From: Longimicrobiales bacterium
GTDB lineage: Bacteria > Gemmatimonadota > Gemmatimonadetes > Longimicrobiales > Gaopeijiaceae
DNA: 64,000 nt
Direction: 5' to 3'
Assembly (NCBI GenBank): GCA_965238005.1
Contig: OZ250165.1
Coordinates: 2,496,001-2,560,000 of the forward strand
A model generated the notes under the pieces. That model searched no databases and had not been told where the DNA came from. It saw only the letters and a program-made list of their open reading frames with translations. Positions 8,009-20,100 of this stretch are shown piece after piece; position 1 is the first letter of the stretch; each line of letters begins with the position of its first letter. The translations under genes were made by a program, and so were the position numbers.

Positions 8009-10528
8009 TTACTTCAAGCGGATGCGGGTACCAATGGTCGACACCCGCCCCATGACCGGCCTACTGGTCAATGCCCGGGCCTCGTCGGGCGTTCGGTTGT
8101 TGAACACGTTCGAGACCTGGAGATACAACTTGACCGTCGGCGAGATCTCACGCTGGACGTTGAGCTCGGCCGCAAAGTATGAGTCAAGTAATATCCACTG
8201 CGGGACCTCCGGCGGGTTCGGCTCCAGGGGCAGCCTTTGGGAGTTCTGACGGACGGCCTCCAGACCCCTAAATCCCCTCGTCCTGCGATCCCCAATCCAC
8301 GATCCACTCAAGATCACGTCCGTCCCACCCTCCCTATAGGTAATTGATGCTCCCCCAAACTTCTCAGGCACGTCCGGGATTCGATCACCCTCTTCGAATC
8401 CCGAAAATTGGGCGATGTCCTGCCTGAGTCCGAGGTCCGTCAGGCGGCTCCGCATCCACGAGTACGTTATGTTGAAGTCAAACGGACCGGTGCCCGTGCG
8501 GAGTTGAAATTCCAATCCCTTGTTGTTCATCTCGGCGAAGTTCGCGGCCTGTTGGCGGAACAAGGGGGGCCCCGTGCCGGAGAGTGGCAGGACGCTGTCG
8601 ACGAGGACCCGAGCAACCCAATCCTCGACCGTCTGGTCATAGAACGTGACCGTGAACAAATTCCGCCCCTGATAGATTTCAAATCCGACCTCCGGGCCAT
8701 GCTGTGAGCCGGGCTTGAGATCGTCGGGTGGAAATCTGCACCACGTTAGAGGTCCATACTCCTCAATTACGTCTGGGTTGCAAGGGCTCCCAAAACCGTC
8801 ATTCCGCTTCGGCTGAAGGACGGATTTCGCCCAGGCGCCCCGAAGCTTCGCTTGCGCTGAGCCGATGTCTGTCACATAGCTGAGGCCGAAACGCGGATTC
8901 CATATGGCGTCGTTCTGGGACTCGAAGTTCCGGTTTTGATCGAGCCGAATCCCCGCTGTGAGGAAGAGCTGGTCCGCGATCTCCAATACCTCCTGGGCGA
9001 AGGTCCCGTAGTGGTTCTGGTTCGTTCGCAGCGCGAGGACGGTAAAGGTTCTAGGGCGGTCAGGGCTACGAGCAGACCAAAGACCCTCTTTTTCGTTATG
9101 CCCGAAGACTTGGGAGGCGGTGGAGAGGTAATGCCACCACTCGGCGCCGATCGTGAACACCGAACGCACGTTGTCATTGAGTGCTCGGTCAATCGTGGTG
9201 TTGTAGGCGACGGTCGTACGCGTATACGGATCGCTCCAATATGAGAATCCGGTGTCGTTAACCCTTCTGAAACGGCGATTTTTAGGCGCGTTTAAGTCCT
9301 CTGCATGATCGCGACCGAGCGTCAGCTTGTGCGACCACCACGACGTGGGGGCGTACGTAAAATTGAAGCCTATTGTATTGCCGGACTGTTCGTAGTCACC
9401 CCGGACTGTAGGCACCAGGCCCGTGCCGTTGCCCACATCAAATTCGCCGGTAAGGCGTCTTGAATTGAAATACTGGGCCTGGCCACGGCTTGACAGGCGC
9501 TGGAACCCTCTCACGTTGAGGTCCGCGGTAAACGGCCCCTCGTGGAGGCGCACACTGGCAGCGCCGCTGTTCACGTCCTGGAAATACTTTCTGAACCAGG
9601 CACCCTCGTGCGTACGCGACACGGTCCCACCATACGATAGGCGTCCGTCACTCGATGACCCCTGGACCCCGAACGAGACGTCGTACCGCGGAGCGACGGT
9701 GCTGTTATACGGGCCCTCAATTATACCAGTTGAGGCCTGCAGGTTCATTTTTACCAGGTCCGCTCCTGGCGCACCGCGCTTGGTATAGATCTGGATGATA
9801 CCGCTCGCGGCATTTGCCCCGTATATGGTGGACGCCTGCGGTCCGGGAATGATCTCCACCCGCTCGATCGATTGGGGGTCGACATTGTTGAGCCAAGCGA
9901 CAAACATGGTACCAACCATCTCAATGCCATCGATGTACGTCGTGACCCCCTGCTGCCCCCACCCGGTGCTTACATCTCCTCGCATGTATACCTCGGCTTG
10001 GCCGTACCAGTTAGCTGCGGTATTCAGTGCGATGGCTCCAGGGACCTCACCCCGAAGCAACTGACCGAGCTGCGTAATCGATCTCTCTTCGATCATCTGG
10101 GCGTCGATCAGCGTCACGGTGGTGGGAACCGCCTTCTGCGTTGATATCACTCCCGTCGCGCTCACCACGATCTCATCCAGAAAAAGGGCCGACACTTCCA
10201 ACTCAAAGTCGACAACCGCGGCGCCGCTGCTAACCGTCACGGATCTCCGCGCGTCGACATACCCGAGCCGCTCCACTACCACCGTGTACGTCCCCGCAGG
10301 AACGTTAGTGATGGTATAGCGACCGTAGTTGTCCGCGTTCCCGTCGTAGGAGGTCCCTTCTAGGAACGCTCTGGCCGCGCCCAGGAATTCTCCCGTCGAG
10401 GCGTCCGTGATTTGGCCCGTGACCGAGCCGGCTCCCTGGGCGTGGGCCACCGGCACCAGGGGTGGAAACACGAACGCGAAGAGCAAGGCGGCGAGGCCCA
10501 CTTTTCGGACGATGGTCTTCATACTCAT
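8009..10528 (-). CDS. TonB-dependent receptor (SusC-like, with N-terminal carboxypeptidase-regulatory-like domain)
   Basis: Signal peptide; GSVTGQITDASTGE; LDEIVVSATG; plug motif IERVEIIPGPQASTIYGANAASGIIQIYTK; VSNVFN near the C-terminus. Confidence 0.9.
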   Translation of the reverse strand: MSMKTIVRKVGLAALLFAFVFPPLVPVAHAQGAGSVTGQITDASTGEFLGAARAFLEGTSYDGNADNYGRYTITNVPAGTYTVVVERLGYVDARRSVTVSSGAAVVDFELEVSALFLDEIVVSATGVISTQKAVPTTVTLIDAQMIEERSITQLGQLLRGEVPGAIALNTAANWYGQAEVYMRGDVSTGWGQQGVTTYIDGIEMVGTMFVAWLNNVDPQSIERVEIIPGPQASTIYGANAASGIIQIYTKRGAPGADLVKMNLQASTGIIEGPYNSTVAPRYDVSFGVQGSSSDGRLSYGGTVSRTHEGAWFRKYFQDVNSGAASVRLHEGPFTADLNVRGFQRLSSRGQAQYFNSRRLTGEFDVGNGTGLVPTVRGDYEQSGNTIGFNFTYAPTSWWSHKLTLGRDHAEDLNAPKNRRFRRVNDTGFSYWSDPYTRTTVAYNTTIDRALNDNVRSVFTIGAEWWHYLSTASQVFGHNEKEGLWSARSPDRPRTFTVLALRTNQNHYGTFAQEVLEIADQLFLTAGIRLDQNRNFESQNDAIWNPRFGLSYVTDIGSAQAKLRGAWAKSVLQPKRNDGFGSPCNPDVIEEYGPLTWCRFPPDDLKPGSQHGPEVGFEIYQGRNLFTVTFYDQTVEDWVARVLVDSVLPLSGTGPPLFRQQAANFAEMNNKGLEFQLRTGTGPFDFNITYSWMRSRLTDLGLRQDIAQFSGFEEGDRIPDVPEKFGGASITYREGGTDVILSGSWIGDRRTRGFRGLEAVRQNSQRLPLEPNPPEVPQWILLDSYFAAELNVQREISPTVKLYLQVSNVFNNRTPDEARALTSRPVMGRVSTIGTRIRLK

Positions 10529-10750
10529 GATCTCCTCCAAAGTTGATTGGCACACGTCTTCACGGACTACGTTTCGTGGCCCGTGATGTGTCTCTCCCTC
10601 CGTTCCTACCTCGGTTCCTAAGCATCACCCTCCCAAGAGTAAAAGGAATGACATGTTGAAGGGGACGGCCCCCTCCGAAAGGTTGATTACTTATACGATG
10701 GTTGACCCAATCCGTCAAGAGGGGCGAATGGAAGGTGCGTATCATCGAGG

Positions 10751-13045
10751 TCACCTCCCGCCGGGCGGGAGATGCTCGAGCCAATACCGTGACATGAGCC
10801 GGAAGAGATGCGGCCGGGTCTCTTCTCCTTCCCTCATCCCATGATTGCGGTTGGGGTACAATACGTACTCGAACGGCTTGCCTAGCTCGATGAGCCGATT
10901 CACCAGATGCTCGATGATCTGAATATGGGTGTTGGTCTCGCCCGAGCCGGTCACGATGAGGAGGCGCCCCTTCAACCCTTCGGCATAGTAGAGCGGAGCG
11001 GCGACGCGGTACCCCTCGGGATTCTCCTCGGGCGTCCGCATGAAGATCTCCTGGTACCACGCGTTGTACAGATCTGCTTGTGGCTTCGGCACGACGGCGA
11101 TGCCGACGTGATACTGATCCGGCTTTCTGAAGAGCGCGTTCAAGGTGTTCGTGCCGCCGCCGCTCCACCCCCAGATCCCCACGCGTGACAAATCGACGTA
11201 AGAGCGCGTGCGGCCCAGCTCGCGAAGTCCGTCCGCCTGTTCTTCCGTCGACAGCGGACCCAAGCTTCCGAAGACCGCCCGGCGCCATGCCGCACCCTTG
11301 GGCGCGGGCGTTCCCCGATTGTCTATCGAGACCACGAGGTACCCTTCGTCGGCGAGGGAACGGTGGTAGAGGCTGTGGCCCTGCTGACCTCTTCCCCAGT
11401 CATCCAGGACTGTCTGCCCCGCAGGCTCTCCGTAGACGAAGACGACCACGGGGTATTTCTTGCCCGCATCGAAGTCCCGGGGCTTGATCATCAGCGCGTC
11501 CATCACGACACCGTTCCCGATGTCCAGCGTGAAGAACTCGGTCGGGCCGGCGATCCACGCTTTCAACTTCTCACGAAGCGCGGCGTTGTCCTCCAGCACG
11601 CGCACGGTGCGGTGCGCCGGCAGCTCGATCAGCTCGAACACCGGCGGCGTGTCGAAGGTCGAGTATGTATGGACGGCAAAGCGGGCGTCGGGTGAGAAAT
11701 CGTAGCTGTGCGTTCCGGGCTGATCTTCCGGCGTCACCCGCTCAGCGTCTCCAGTCGCATCCAGGCGCACGCGATAGAGATACCTCTGGGCGCCGTCGTC
11801 GGGTGACGCATGGTAATAGAGCCAGCCGCCCTCCTCGTCGATCGTTCCCTTCCCGCGCGTCACGATGTCGTGCGCACCGCGAGTGAGCAGCGTCTCCTTC
11901 CTGCCGTCGCGCGAGATGAGATACGCATGCCGCCAGCCATCCTTCTCGCTCACCAGCACGAACGCCTGCCCGTCGCCCAACCAGTCGATGCCGCCGTTCG
12001 TCTGGTCGCTGCTGTCCACCCAAGCCGAGTCGGCTTCTTGGTAGGCACTACTGACCCTGCCGGTTCGAACGTTGGCGAACAGCACATTGCGCCGATCGCG
12101 CGCTCGGGATAGCTGCTCCACGACGAGCTCCTCCGAGTTCGCCGCCCAATCGAGACCTCTGAGGTAGAACGTTCCCGGCTGGCCTGGAAGAGCCATCCAA
12201 CGGGTCGGGCCGCCGTCGGCGCTCACCACACCCAGGCGCAGTTTCGCGATCGGAGTTCCCACCTTCGGAAAGCGCAAATACTCTGCAACCGGATACAGGC
12301 TCTCCGTATAGTTGATGCGCGGGAACATCCCGACCTCGCGCGAGTCCACCTGAATGTAGGCGATCTGCTCGCTGTCAGGGCTCCAGCGCACACCGCCTCC
12401 AGGCCCCCAGTCGCTGACGCCATTGCCCAACGATCCGGGCATCCCGTCGTGCGTGAGTCTGGTATTCCGGCCACTCGACACGTCATGGACGTACAGATTG
12501 TGCCCATGGATGTAGAGGACACGCCGGCCATCGGGAGAAAGCGCATCCCCCACCCGGCAGGACGCGACTCCGGACAGGACCATCCGCAATTCTGTGGACT
12601 CCAGATCGAGCAACCAACAATCGCTGACCGGGCCGCCGTCTGGCAGCTCACGCGTGTTCGCTTGGAGAAGTAGGCGCCGCCCATTCGGCGAGAGCCCGAA
12701 ATCTTCGATGACGAGGGGCCCGGATGTGCCGGATGGGACTAGCTGCGACGAGGACCGGATCACCTCGCGTGTGCCGCTGGCGGCATCATAGCGCACGAGC
12801 TCCTGCGCCCCGTCGGAGGTGGGCTCGAGCACGAGAAGGCCGGATCCATCCGGAAGCCAAAGCGCCGATGGACGTTTGGCCTGCATCTCGTTCGTCTCAT
12901 AGATCGCACGGATCCGTGCATCCAGCTCCGCAGGCAGCTCGGGAGAAGGAACGATCGCCGGTGATCCGCCGCCGCACGCGAGGAGAAGAGAGCAGCACGA
13001 CAGCACGAACGCGGTCAGCGTGGTCCTGCGGGGACATGGGGACAT
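10751..13045 (-). CDS. S9 family dipeptidyl-peptidase IV-like lipoprotein
   Basis: Lipobox LLAC, beta-propeller (WSPD), catalytic GIWGWSGGG, YPNRNH. Confidence 0.9.
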   Translation of the reverse strand: MSPCPRRTTLTAFVLSCCSLLLACGGGSPAIVPSPELPAELDARIRAIYETNEMQAKRPSALWLPDGSGLLVLEPTSDGAQELVRYDAASGTREVIRSSSQLVPSGTSGPLVIEDFGLSPNGRRLLLQANTRELPDGGPVSDCWLLDLESTELRMVLSGVASCRVGDALSPDGRRVLYIHGHNLYVHDVSSGRNTRLTHDGMPGSLGNGVSDWGPGGGVRWSPDSEQIAYIQVDSREVGMFPRINYTESLYPVAEYLRFPKVGTPIAKLRLGVVSADGGPTRWMALPGQPGTFYLRGLDWAANSEELVVEQLSRARDRRNVLFANVRTGRVSSAYQEADSAWVDSSDQTNGGIDWLGDGQAFVLVSEKDGWRHAYLISRDGRKETLLTRGAHDIVTRGKGTIDEEGGWLYYHASPDDGAQRYLYRVRLDATGDAERVTPEDQPGTHSYDFSPDARFAVHTYSTFDTPPVFELIELPAHRTVRVLEDNAALREKLKAWIAGPTEFFTLDIGNGVVMDALMIKPRDFDAGKKYPVVVFVYGEPAGQTVLDDWGRGQQGHSLYHRSLADEGYLVVSIDNRGTPAPKGAAWRRAVFGSLGPLSTEEQADGLRELGRTRSYVDLSRVGIWGWSGGGTNTLNALFRKPDQYHVGIAVVPKPQADLYNAWYQEIFMRTPEENPEGYRVAAPLYYAEGLKGRLLIVTGSGETNTHIQIIEHLVNRLIELGKPFEYVLYPNRNHGMREGEETRPHLFRLMSRYWLEHLPPGGR

Positions 13046-13165
13046 CGCTAGGCACCTCCCTCACGACAGATGGGCAGCAAAGCTTTCGGCGGCCAGCGAC
13101 CCGGCCGCGCCGTCGCTGTCAGAATAGCTCGAGGTATGTAACGGCCGCTTTGCGGCCGCATGCTT

Positions 13166-14554
13166 TCAGATTTCCAGGAGGGCCCACTCCTTTGTCAGGT
13201 TCGGCACGCTTCCCTGAACCCAGCCCTTCTCCGTTCCTACCACCACGAGATCCGAGGGGTTGTAACCGTAGCCGCCCTCGGGATTGAAGAGGCCAGGCTC
13301 CATGGAGAAGGTCATGTTCTCTTCGAGTAAGGTGGTCTCGCCCAGTGAGATGAACGGCTCCTGATGGCCCTCCATGCCCTCGCCGTGCGCCACACGCTGA
13401 TACAGGTACTTCTGCATTCCGTTCTCGACCTGATATTCGTGGATCGCCTTCGCGACGTCCTGGCAGGGTGTGCCGGCCTTGGACAGCTCGATCTGCATAC
13501 GCGAGCCTTCGGCCATGACCTCCCATACTTTCTCCCAATCCGGATTCCAGGGCGCGATGTGATAAGGGCAATAGAGCTCCCCGCCAACGCCTCCGAGCCT
13601 CACGCCACCGGAGACTTGAAGAGAGTCTCCTTTCCTGACCGGGTTGTGATGAAACTGGTTGGGATGTGGGTAGGCCGTGCCGATACCGGTCCGGCAGCCG
13701 ATACGGACACTGATCCCCACCGCGGTGTGGGGGTGGCCGTCGCGTTTGATGTCTCTCATGACCAAATCGGTCCCATACTCCGTCGCCGCCATCCCGATCT
13801 TGAAATCGGTGAGGTCGGTACCGTGTTCGAGGATGTAGTCGCGGGTCCAGGCATGGATCTGGCTGAAATAGTTGTAGGCCCTTTGTGAGAGCACGAGCTC
13901 CTCGGGTGTCTTGACCCGGCGCATCTTGATGCAGATGTCGCCCACGTCCTCGAAGGCCGCCCTGGGAAGAACCTCGGTCATGCGCTTCAAGCGCCCGACC
14001 GAGGGCGAGGCGCTGAGGCCGATCTTCTTGTCCCCGAAGCCTCGCCCTGCAATTCCCTTGAGCGCCCACTCGACGAGGTCCACGGGCGGCCCCGTGGCCA
14101 CTTTGCCCTGGTCGGGGTAGCCGTCCGCTGACGGCGGGTAGTCGAAGTAGTAGTCCGCCCCGTCAGACCACCAGCTTCGTACGATCTCCATGTCGAGGCC
14201 CGGGTGAAACCAATAGACCGCGAGCTCGTTCGTGGGAATGAAGCAGGAAAAGGGCCGCTCCGTCGTCGAGTGGAAGAGCCCGGTAAAGTAGATGATGTTC
14301 CAGCGATCGGTGATCCAGATTCCGTCGAGGCCTCGCTCGCCAAGCTTCTCTTGAAGACGTTGCACGGTTGCCTGATGCCATTCGAGCGGTAGGCGGTCGA
14401 CGGTCGCCGGCTCCAGGTGCTCGGGACGGCTGACGAGCATGGCCGCCGACCCGGCCCCGCCCGCCGATTGGCCGCCGGGCGCACAAGAAGCACCGACGGC
14501 CGCGCTCAGGCTCATCGCGCCCGATTGTTTGAAGAACTCTCTCCGTGTGGTCAT
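13166..14554 (-). CDS. Tat-exported M24 (Xaa-Pro) peptidase
   Basis: TRREFFK Tat signal; MRRVKTPEE; HGEGMEGHQEP; FSMEPGLF. Confidence 0.85.
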   Translation of the reverse strand: MTTRREFFKQSGAMSLSAAVGASCAPGGQSAGGAGSAAMLVSRPEHLEPATVDRLPLEWHQATVQRLQEKLGERGLDGIWITDRWNIIYFTGLFHSTTERPFSCFIPTNELAVYWFHPGLDMEIVRSWWSDGADYYFDYPPSADGYPDQGKVATGPPVDLVEWALKGIAGRGFGDKKIGLSASPSVGRLKRMTEVLPRAAFEDVGDICIKMRRVKTPEELVLSQRAYNYFSQIHAWTRDYILEHGTDLTDFKIGMAATEYGTDLVMRDIKRDGHPHTAVGISVRIGCRTGIGTAYPHPNQFHHNPVRKGDSLQVSGGVRLGGVGGELYCPYHIAPWNPDWEKVWEVMAEGSRMQIELSKAGTPCQDVAKAIHEYQVENGMQKYLYQRVAHGEGMEGHQEPFISLGETTLLEENMTFSMEPGLFNPEGGYGYNPSDLVVVGTEKGWVQGSVPNLTKEWALLEI

Positions 14555-14697
14555 GATGCACTCCTCACTATAATTTGCGTTAGATATAAGCTCTCCACCT
14601 TCTCTACCGCAACAGGCATCCGTGCGGTCTTCGCCGCTGTTCGCCGCGCTCGCCCAAGACCTCCATCACCCGCGAGTCCGGAGGCCCGGTCTGCGCG

Positions 14698-17151
14698 TCA
14701 TTCGCGCTCGAGTTCTCGAACCGGCGCCAAGTCAGCGACGAAGATGCTTCGGCCGTGTGTTCCGATGGCGATCTCCCCGTCCCGCCGATGGACCTCCAAA
14801 TCGTGCACCGGCGTTGTGGGGAGGTTCGCGCAGAGCGAGTGCCACGTTCCGCCGCTGTCGAGTGAGACGTACACCCCCAGATCCGTACCCACGTACAGGA
14901 TGTCCGCGTAGCGCGGGTCCTCACCGATCACGTTGACCGACTCCGCGGGCAGATTCGCCGCGATCGATGTCCAGCTCTCGCCGAAATCCCTCGATACATA
15001 GAGGTACGTTCCAAAGTCGTCCTCCCGATACCCGGTCTGTGCCACGTATACCGTGCCGATCTCATGATCGGACGCGACCACACGGCTCACCCATTTCCTT
15101 GGAAGTCCATCGCTGACCTTAGACCAGGTGGCTCCATCGTCCCGGGTGAGCCACACGCTTCCCCCCTCCGTCCCCACATAGATCAGTCCCTGCCGAAACC
15201 GGGACTCAGAGATCATCGTGATGGTACCGAACGGCACGGCGGCGCGCTGGCCTCCGGCCGGATCCGAAAGGTCCGGACTGATAGGGTGCCAATCCGCGCT
15301 GCGATTGGTCGATTTCAGCAGACGGTCCGCGCCGACGTACAGCGTTCGTGGATTGTGGTGCGAGATCACGAACGGAGTATACCATCCGAAGCGCCACGGT
15401 GGCTGTCCCTCGGGGGCGCGTGGGCGGATGCTCTCCGAGTCCGGCCCGTTGCTGAGCACGGAGTCGCCCGTGATGACCATGCGCCGCATGTTGCCGTGCT
15501 GGTGCTCGTAGTAGACGAGCGTGCTGTCGGTGGGATCCACGTAAGTGTCGTAGGAGTCTCCTCCCGTCCACCGATCCAGGTAGACATTCTCCCACGGGTC
15601 GTCCGTCGCGTCCTCAAGGGCCACGTTACTCGGGCCGTACAGGGCCGCGTTGTCCTGGGTGCCGCCGTAGATCCGGTAGGGCACGGCCATATCCATGGAG
15701 ATGGAGTAAAACTCCGCCGCAGGGATGTTGTTGATGTGCAGCCAGCTCTCGCCGCGGTCGTAGGACTGAAAGAGCCCTCCGTCGTTGCCCAACAACACCC
15801 GATCCGGATTCAGCGGATCGATCCAAATTTCGTGATGATCCAGATGCATCACGAGCCCACGGGTGTCGTGCATCCGGATGATCTTCTCACCAACGCGCTG
15901 GTACGTTCGGCCGCCATCGGTCGAATGGAACGCGCGATTCCCCAAAATGAAGAGGTCGTCCTCGTTTTCAGGAGACACGCGAACGTCCATGAATTTCCAC
16001 CCATAGACGGTGAACACCGAGTAGAGGTCCTCCTCGTTGGCCCTGCGCCACGTCTCGCCCTTGTCGTCGGAGCGGTACACCTCTCCGCCCACAATCTCGC
16101 GGCGGCGCTGCTCAGAGTCCTGCTCGCCGGTGTATTCGGCCCAGTTGTCGACAAACGCGTAGACGACGTTCGGATTACCGGGAGCCACGTCCAAGCCGAT
16201 GCGGCCGAGAGGGCCTGAGGGCAGACCGACGGTGAGCTCGCTCCAGCTGTGGCCGCCGTCGGTAGTCCGGTAGATGCCGCTCTCCTCACCGCTCTCGGCG
16301 GGCGTGCCGCTCACCGCCTGCCAGAGCGCCGCATAGAGAACGCGCGGGTCAGACGGATCCATGACCAGGTCAACCGCCCCCGTTCGCTCGCTCACGTACA
16401 GCACCTTCTCCCAGCTCTCGCCGCCGTCATTCGTTCGGAACACACCCCGATCTTCGTTTCGGGACCAGAAATGGCCGAGGGCCGCCACGTAGACCACATC
16501 GGGATCGCGGGGATGAATCAGGACCTTGCCGATGTGATGCGTATCATGAAGGCCCATGTTGCGCCATGTACTCCCCGCGTCGGTCGACTTGAAGACGCCC
16601 GTGCCCGCAAAGGAGTAACCGCTATGCCGCGGTTGTGTCTCTCCCGTCCCAACCCACACGACATTCGGATTCGAGGTCGAGACCGCGACGTCGCCGATGG
16701 TGAACGTGGACTGCTTCTCGAAAATGGCACGCCATGTAAGCCCGTTGTTCTCGGTCTTCCAGAGATTGCCTGAACCCACGCCGACGTAAATGGTCCCGTG
16801 ATTTCCCCGAGGCACGGCGATCGCCTCGACTCTGGCTCCCGCCTGCTTGGGTCCCACGACCCGCCACTGGAAATCCTTGAACGGCGACTCGCGCTCGAGG
16901 CGGACATGTTGCTCCCAGGACGTCTTGCGCGTCGCCGGGTCGGTGGCCTGGGCGGCCACATCGGATACGGCGATGATTCCAGGAATGCCCGGCAGGCTTA
17001 CAATCCATGCGATAAGGGCTGAACGCCACGCTTTGCGGTTTCCGTAGACATGGCCTCCAATGCCGCGAGACCTACAGGATTTGTGCTCGGTCATGTGTGA
17101 ATCCGGCGTCGAAAGACGGAGAATAGGTCTGAATCCCAAGCGGGGCGCCAC
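14698..17151 (-). CDS. VPS10/sortilin-like BNR-repeat beta-propeller protein (often annotated glycosyl hydrolase); start uncertain
   Basis: Many SxDxGxTW repeats, TIGDVAVS, GTHGRSIF. The best RBS+ATG (~17051) is out of frame. Confidence 0.85.
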   Translation of the reverse strand: MAPRLGFRPILRLSTPDSHMTEHKSCRSRGIGGHVYGNRKAWRSALIAWIVSLPGIPGIIAVSDVAAQATDPATRKTSWEQHVRLERESPFKDFQWRVVGPKQAGARVEAIAVPRGNHGTIYVGVGSGNLWKTENNGLTWRAIFEKQSTFTIGDVAVSTSNPNVVWVGTGETQPRHSGYSFAGTGVFKSTDAGSTWRNMGLHDTHHIGKVLIHPRDPDVVYVAALGHFWSRNEDRGVFRTNDGGESWEKVLYVSERTGAVDLVMDPSDPRVLYAALWQAVSGTPAESGEESGIYRTTDGGHSWSELTVGLPSGPLGRIGLDVAPGNPNVVYAFVDNWAEYTGEQDSEQRRREIVGGEVYRSDDKGETWRRANEEDLYSVFTVYGWKFMDVRVSPENEDDLFILGNRAFHSTDGGRTYQRVGEKIIRMHDTRGLVMHLDHHEIWIDPLNPDRVLLGNDGGLFQSYDRGESWLHINNIPAAEFYSISMDMAVPYRIYGGTQDNAALYGPSNVALEDATDDPWENVYLDRWTGGDSYDTYVDPTDSTLVYYEHQHGNMRRMVITGDSVLSNGPDSESIRPRAPEGQPPWRFGWYTPFVISHHNPRTLYVGADRLLKSTNRSADWHPISPDLSDPAGGQRAAVPFGTITMISESRFRQGLIYVGTEGGSVWLTRDDGATWSKVSDGLPRKWVSRVVASDHEIGTVYVAQTGYREDDFGTYLYVSRDFGESWTSIAANLPAESVNVIGEDPRYADILYVGTDLGVYVSLDSGGTWHSLCANLPTTPVHDLEVHRRDGEIAIGTHGRSIFVADLAPVRELERE

Positions 17152-17168
17152 TCACCAACGCGCATTCC

Positions 17169-20100
17169 CTACCGCTTCCCTTTGTTCGGCCACACCTCGT
17201 CCATCGTGTCTCCCTCCCACATCACGCCGGCCTTCATCACGTAGCGAATCGAGTTGGTGTTCCTGAGGTCCACCAGCGGATTCCGATCGAGGACCATTAG
17301 GTCCGCGATCTTTCCGGGCTCCAGCGAGCCGAGGTCGTCCTTCATCCCCATGGCCTCCGCGCCGGTGAGGGTCGCGCTCCGGAGCGCCTCGAACGGAGTT
17401 AATCCGCCGCTCGCCATCGCCCAGACCTCCCAGTGGGAGCCGAGCCCCTGCACCTGACCGTGCGAGCCCATCCCGACCTTCCCGCCGGCACGCACTAGGT
17501 CGCGAACAACCTCGGACCGCCACGTGGGGAGCTCGTGCGGCATCAGCCACTGGTTGTGACCCTGCACCTCCCTGTCGAGGAAGACGTGAGGAATGAAGCG
17601 CCGCAACTTCTCATCGTCATGTGGACTGGTCGTAGTCACGAAATAGGATTCGAATCCGCCGGAAACCAGCGTCGGGACGTAGAAGGCGCCGGTCCGGGCG
17701 AACAGCTCGATCACGTCCTTCTTCGCCGGTGCTGCCGCGTAGACGTGCTCGAGGCTCGTCGCGCCGTCCATCAACGGCCGGATTTCGCGCCGCGGGCCAC
17801 GCGCCGGATCCTCCACCACCTGGAGCCCCTCCTCGCGGCTCGCCTGGATGATCCATTGCACCTGGTCGCGCCTCGGCACCGTGTGGTCCTTGATGGAGGT
17901 GGCGCCGAGCGCCTTCTGGTTCCGCACGAGGCGGCGCGCCTCCTCGAGGTCGTTCGGCACTCCGCAGCAGTGGTTCTTCACGTGCATGAAGATGTCCCCA
18001 GTCCCGTGCATCCGTGGGCCGAGGGCGGTCCCGGCCTCCACCAGCTCGGCCATTCCGAAGAGCGTCTGGCTGCGGATGGAGGGGTCTCTCCACGTCGTGA
18101 CGCCATAGGCGAGGTTGGCCATCAGGAAGGGGTTCCGCTGGAGGTAGAGGTGCCCCTGCGCCTGTGACCCGCTACAGCAGATGAGGTGGGCGTGGAGATC
18201 GATGAATCCCGGGATGATCGTCTTGCCGGAGAGGTCCATCGTGGTAGCGCTCACCGGCGCCTCGACCTGCCCCGCCGGTCCTACGGCGGCGATGCGCCCG
18301 TTCGAGACGAGAATGTCGCCGCTCTCAAGGACCTCGTCGCCTTTCATGGTGATCAGGCGGGCGTTTCTGAGCAGCAGGTGGCCCTCCCCCTGGACGCGGG
18401 GGAGCTCGAACGAAACGTCCGTGACCTGGGGCGCTACCCTCTCGCCGCTGGACGCGGAGGCGAGGTCCACCTGGTACACCTTCGGGCCCCAGCTCCACAG
18501 CAGCCTCTTCCCGCCGTCCATCCAGTACAGGTAATCGCCCTGTGGGCCGAGTAGATAGACCGGGAACGCGCCGCCACCCGACTGGACGAGGGTCGGGTCC
18601 TTGCCGGGGGGCGGGAGCGCCGCCAGGTAGACGTTTTGCCTCTCCGTATAGAGGACCCACCTACCGTCGGGTGAGGGCATCAGCTCGTCGGCGAACTCGA
18701 AGTGGGCGATGCACTGGCGGTCGGCCCCGTCGAGAGTCACGGAGCAGACCCGGACGGCGAGAGGCATGTAGCCGGAAGCTGGAGCGCCTGGCGCAGCGTA
18801 GGGGACCGTGTAGTAGATCCGCTCGCCGCTTTCGTCGAACGTCGCCCGTTGGGGCGGCTTCCGCCAGTTCCCTCTCGCCGTCACCGAGGTGATGATGTGG
18901 AGCTCACCGCCACTCTCCGCGTCCAGCCAGTGGAAATGGTAGTCCTGCTCCGTGTAGCCGTCGGCCTCCATCCGCTGCTCGGAGACGACCAGCTTCTTCC
19001 CGTCGAGCGACCAGGAGATGTTCTGGTAACGCCCGGGGCGCACGCCGAGCGACGTTCCCGGTCCTCCGGCCGCCGGGGCTCTCATGAGCCGCCCGCCAAT
19101 CGAGTCGTCCCAATCGACGTACGCGACCCATTGCCCATCGGGGGACACCGCGGGCGCGTACTGGAGGCCGGGGCCGTTGGCGAAGGGGGTCGCCCGCCGT
19201 GACTTGGTATCGTATCGGTAGAGCTTTCCGGCAGCGCCCAAGATCAGCTCGTTCGCCCCGAGCGCCTGGACCCAGTGCAGCACCTTCGGGCTGAAGGGAC
19301 CGTCGGAGAGCGTGTGCTTGGGGTTCAACGTCTCGGTGACGGTTAGCTCGACGTCGGCCGTGAACGGGATCACCGTCATGGCGCCCGAGGCCAGGTCGAC
19401 CCGCCGGAACTTGCCGTCGGCGGTGAAGACGATCGCCCGCTCGTCGGGCGTGAAGGCGTAGCCGGGAAGGTCATCGAGGTCTCCGGACCCGGAGCGCCTT
19501 GTGTAGTCGAGGCCGCTGTACAGGATGCGGTCGCGGCCGCTGTCGAGGTCCCGCAGGATGAGGCGCGGCACCGCGTCGATGGTCGTCGCGAAGGAGAGGA
19601 GGCGACCGCTCGGGCTGATCGCGGGCCGGCTTACATCGGCGTACCCGGAGACGACCGTCGTCTTCTCGCCGGTGCGCCGGTCGAGCCGCTCGATGCGATT
19701 GTCGAGAGTGTAATAGAGCCAGCGCCCATCCGCCGAAGCCACCAGGCCCGCAGCGCCGTCCTCTGCGACGGGCGTGCCGGACCCGCCCTGGTGGTGCATC
19801 ATCACGTATTCCCCCAGCCGGCTGAAGGGGAGCTCCTCGCGCGCTGTGAAAATGAACTGCCCGCTCGGATCCCATGAGGGCGACCCGTACTGATAGCCGC
19901 CCCCACTTGAGGGCGCCCCGTACCGATAGTTGCCATCCTTGGTGATCATGGTCGGCGTGCCACCCTCCACGGGAATGACCCAGAGCTGATCCGAGCCGGA
20001 TGGATCGGAGGCGAACAGCACGCGCCTGCCGTCGGGAGAGAACCGCGGGGTCGCGTCCCAGCGCGTGCCGCTGGTGAACCGCGTGGCCTTCCCGCCGGCG

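Noticed and set aside
10545..10562. TGGCAC sigma54-like motif near the TonB receptor start
   Set aside because: It is on the wrong strand for the receptor and lacks the -12 TTGC.
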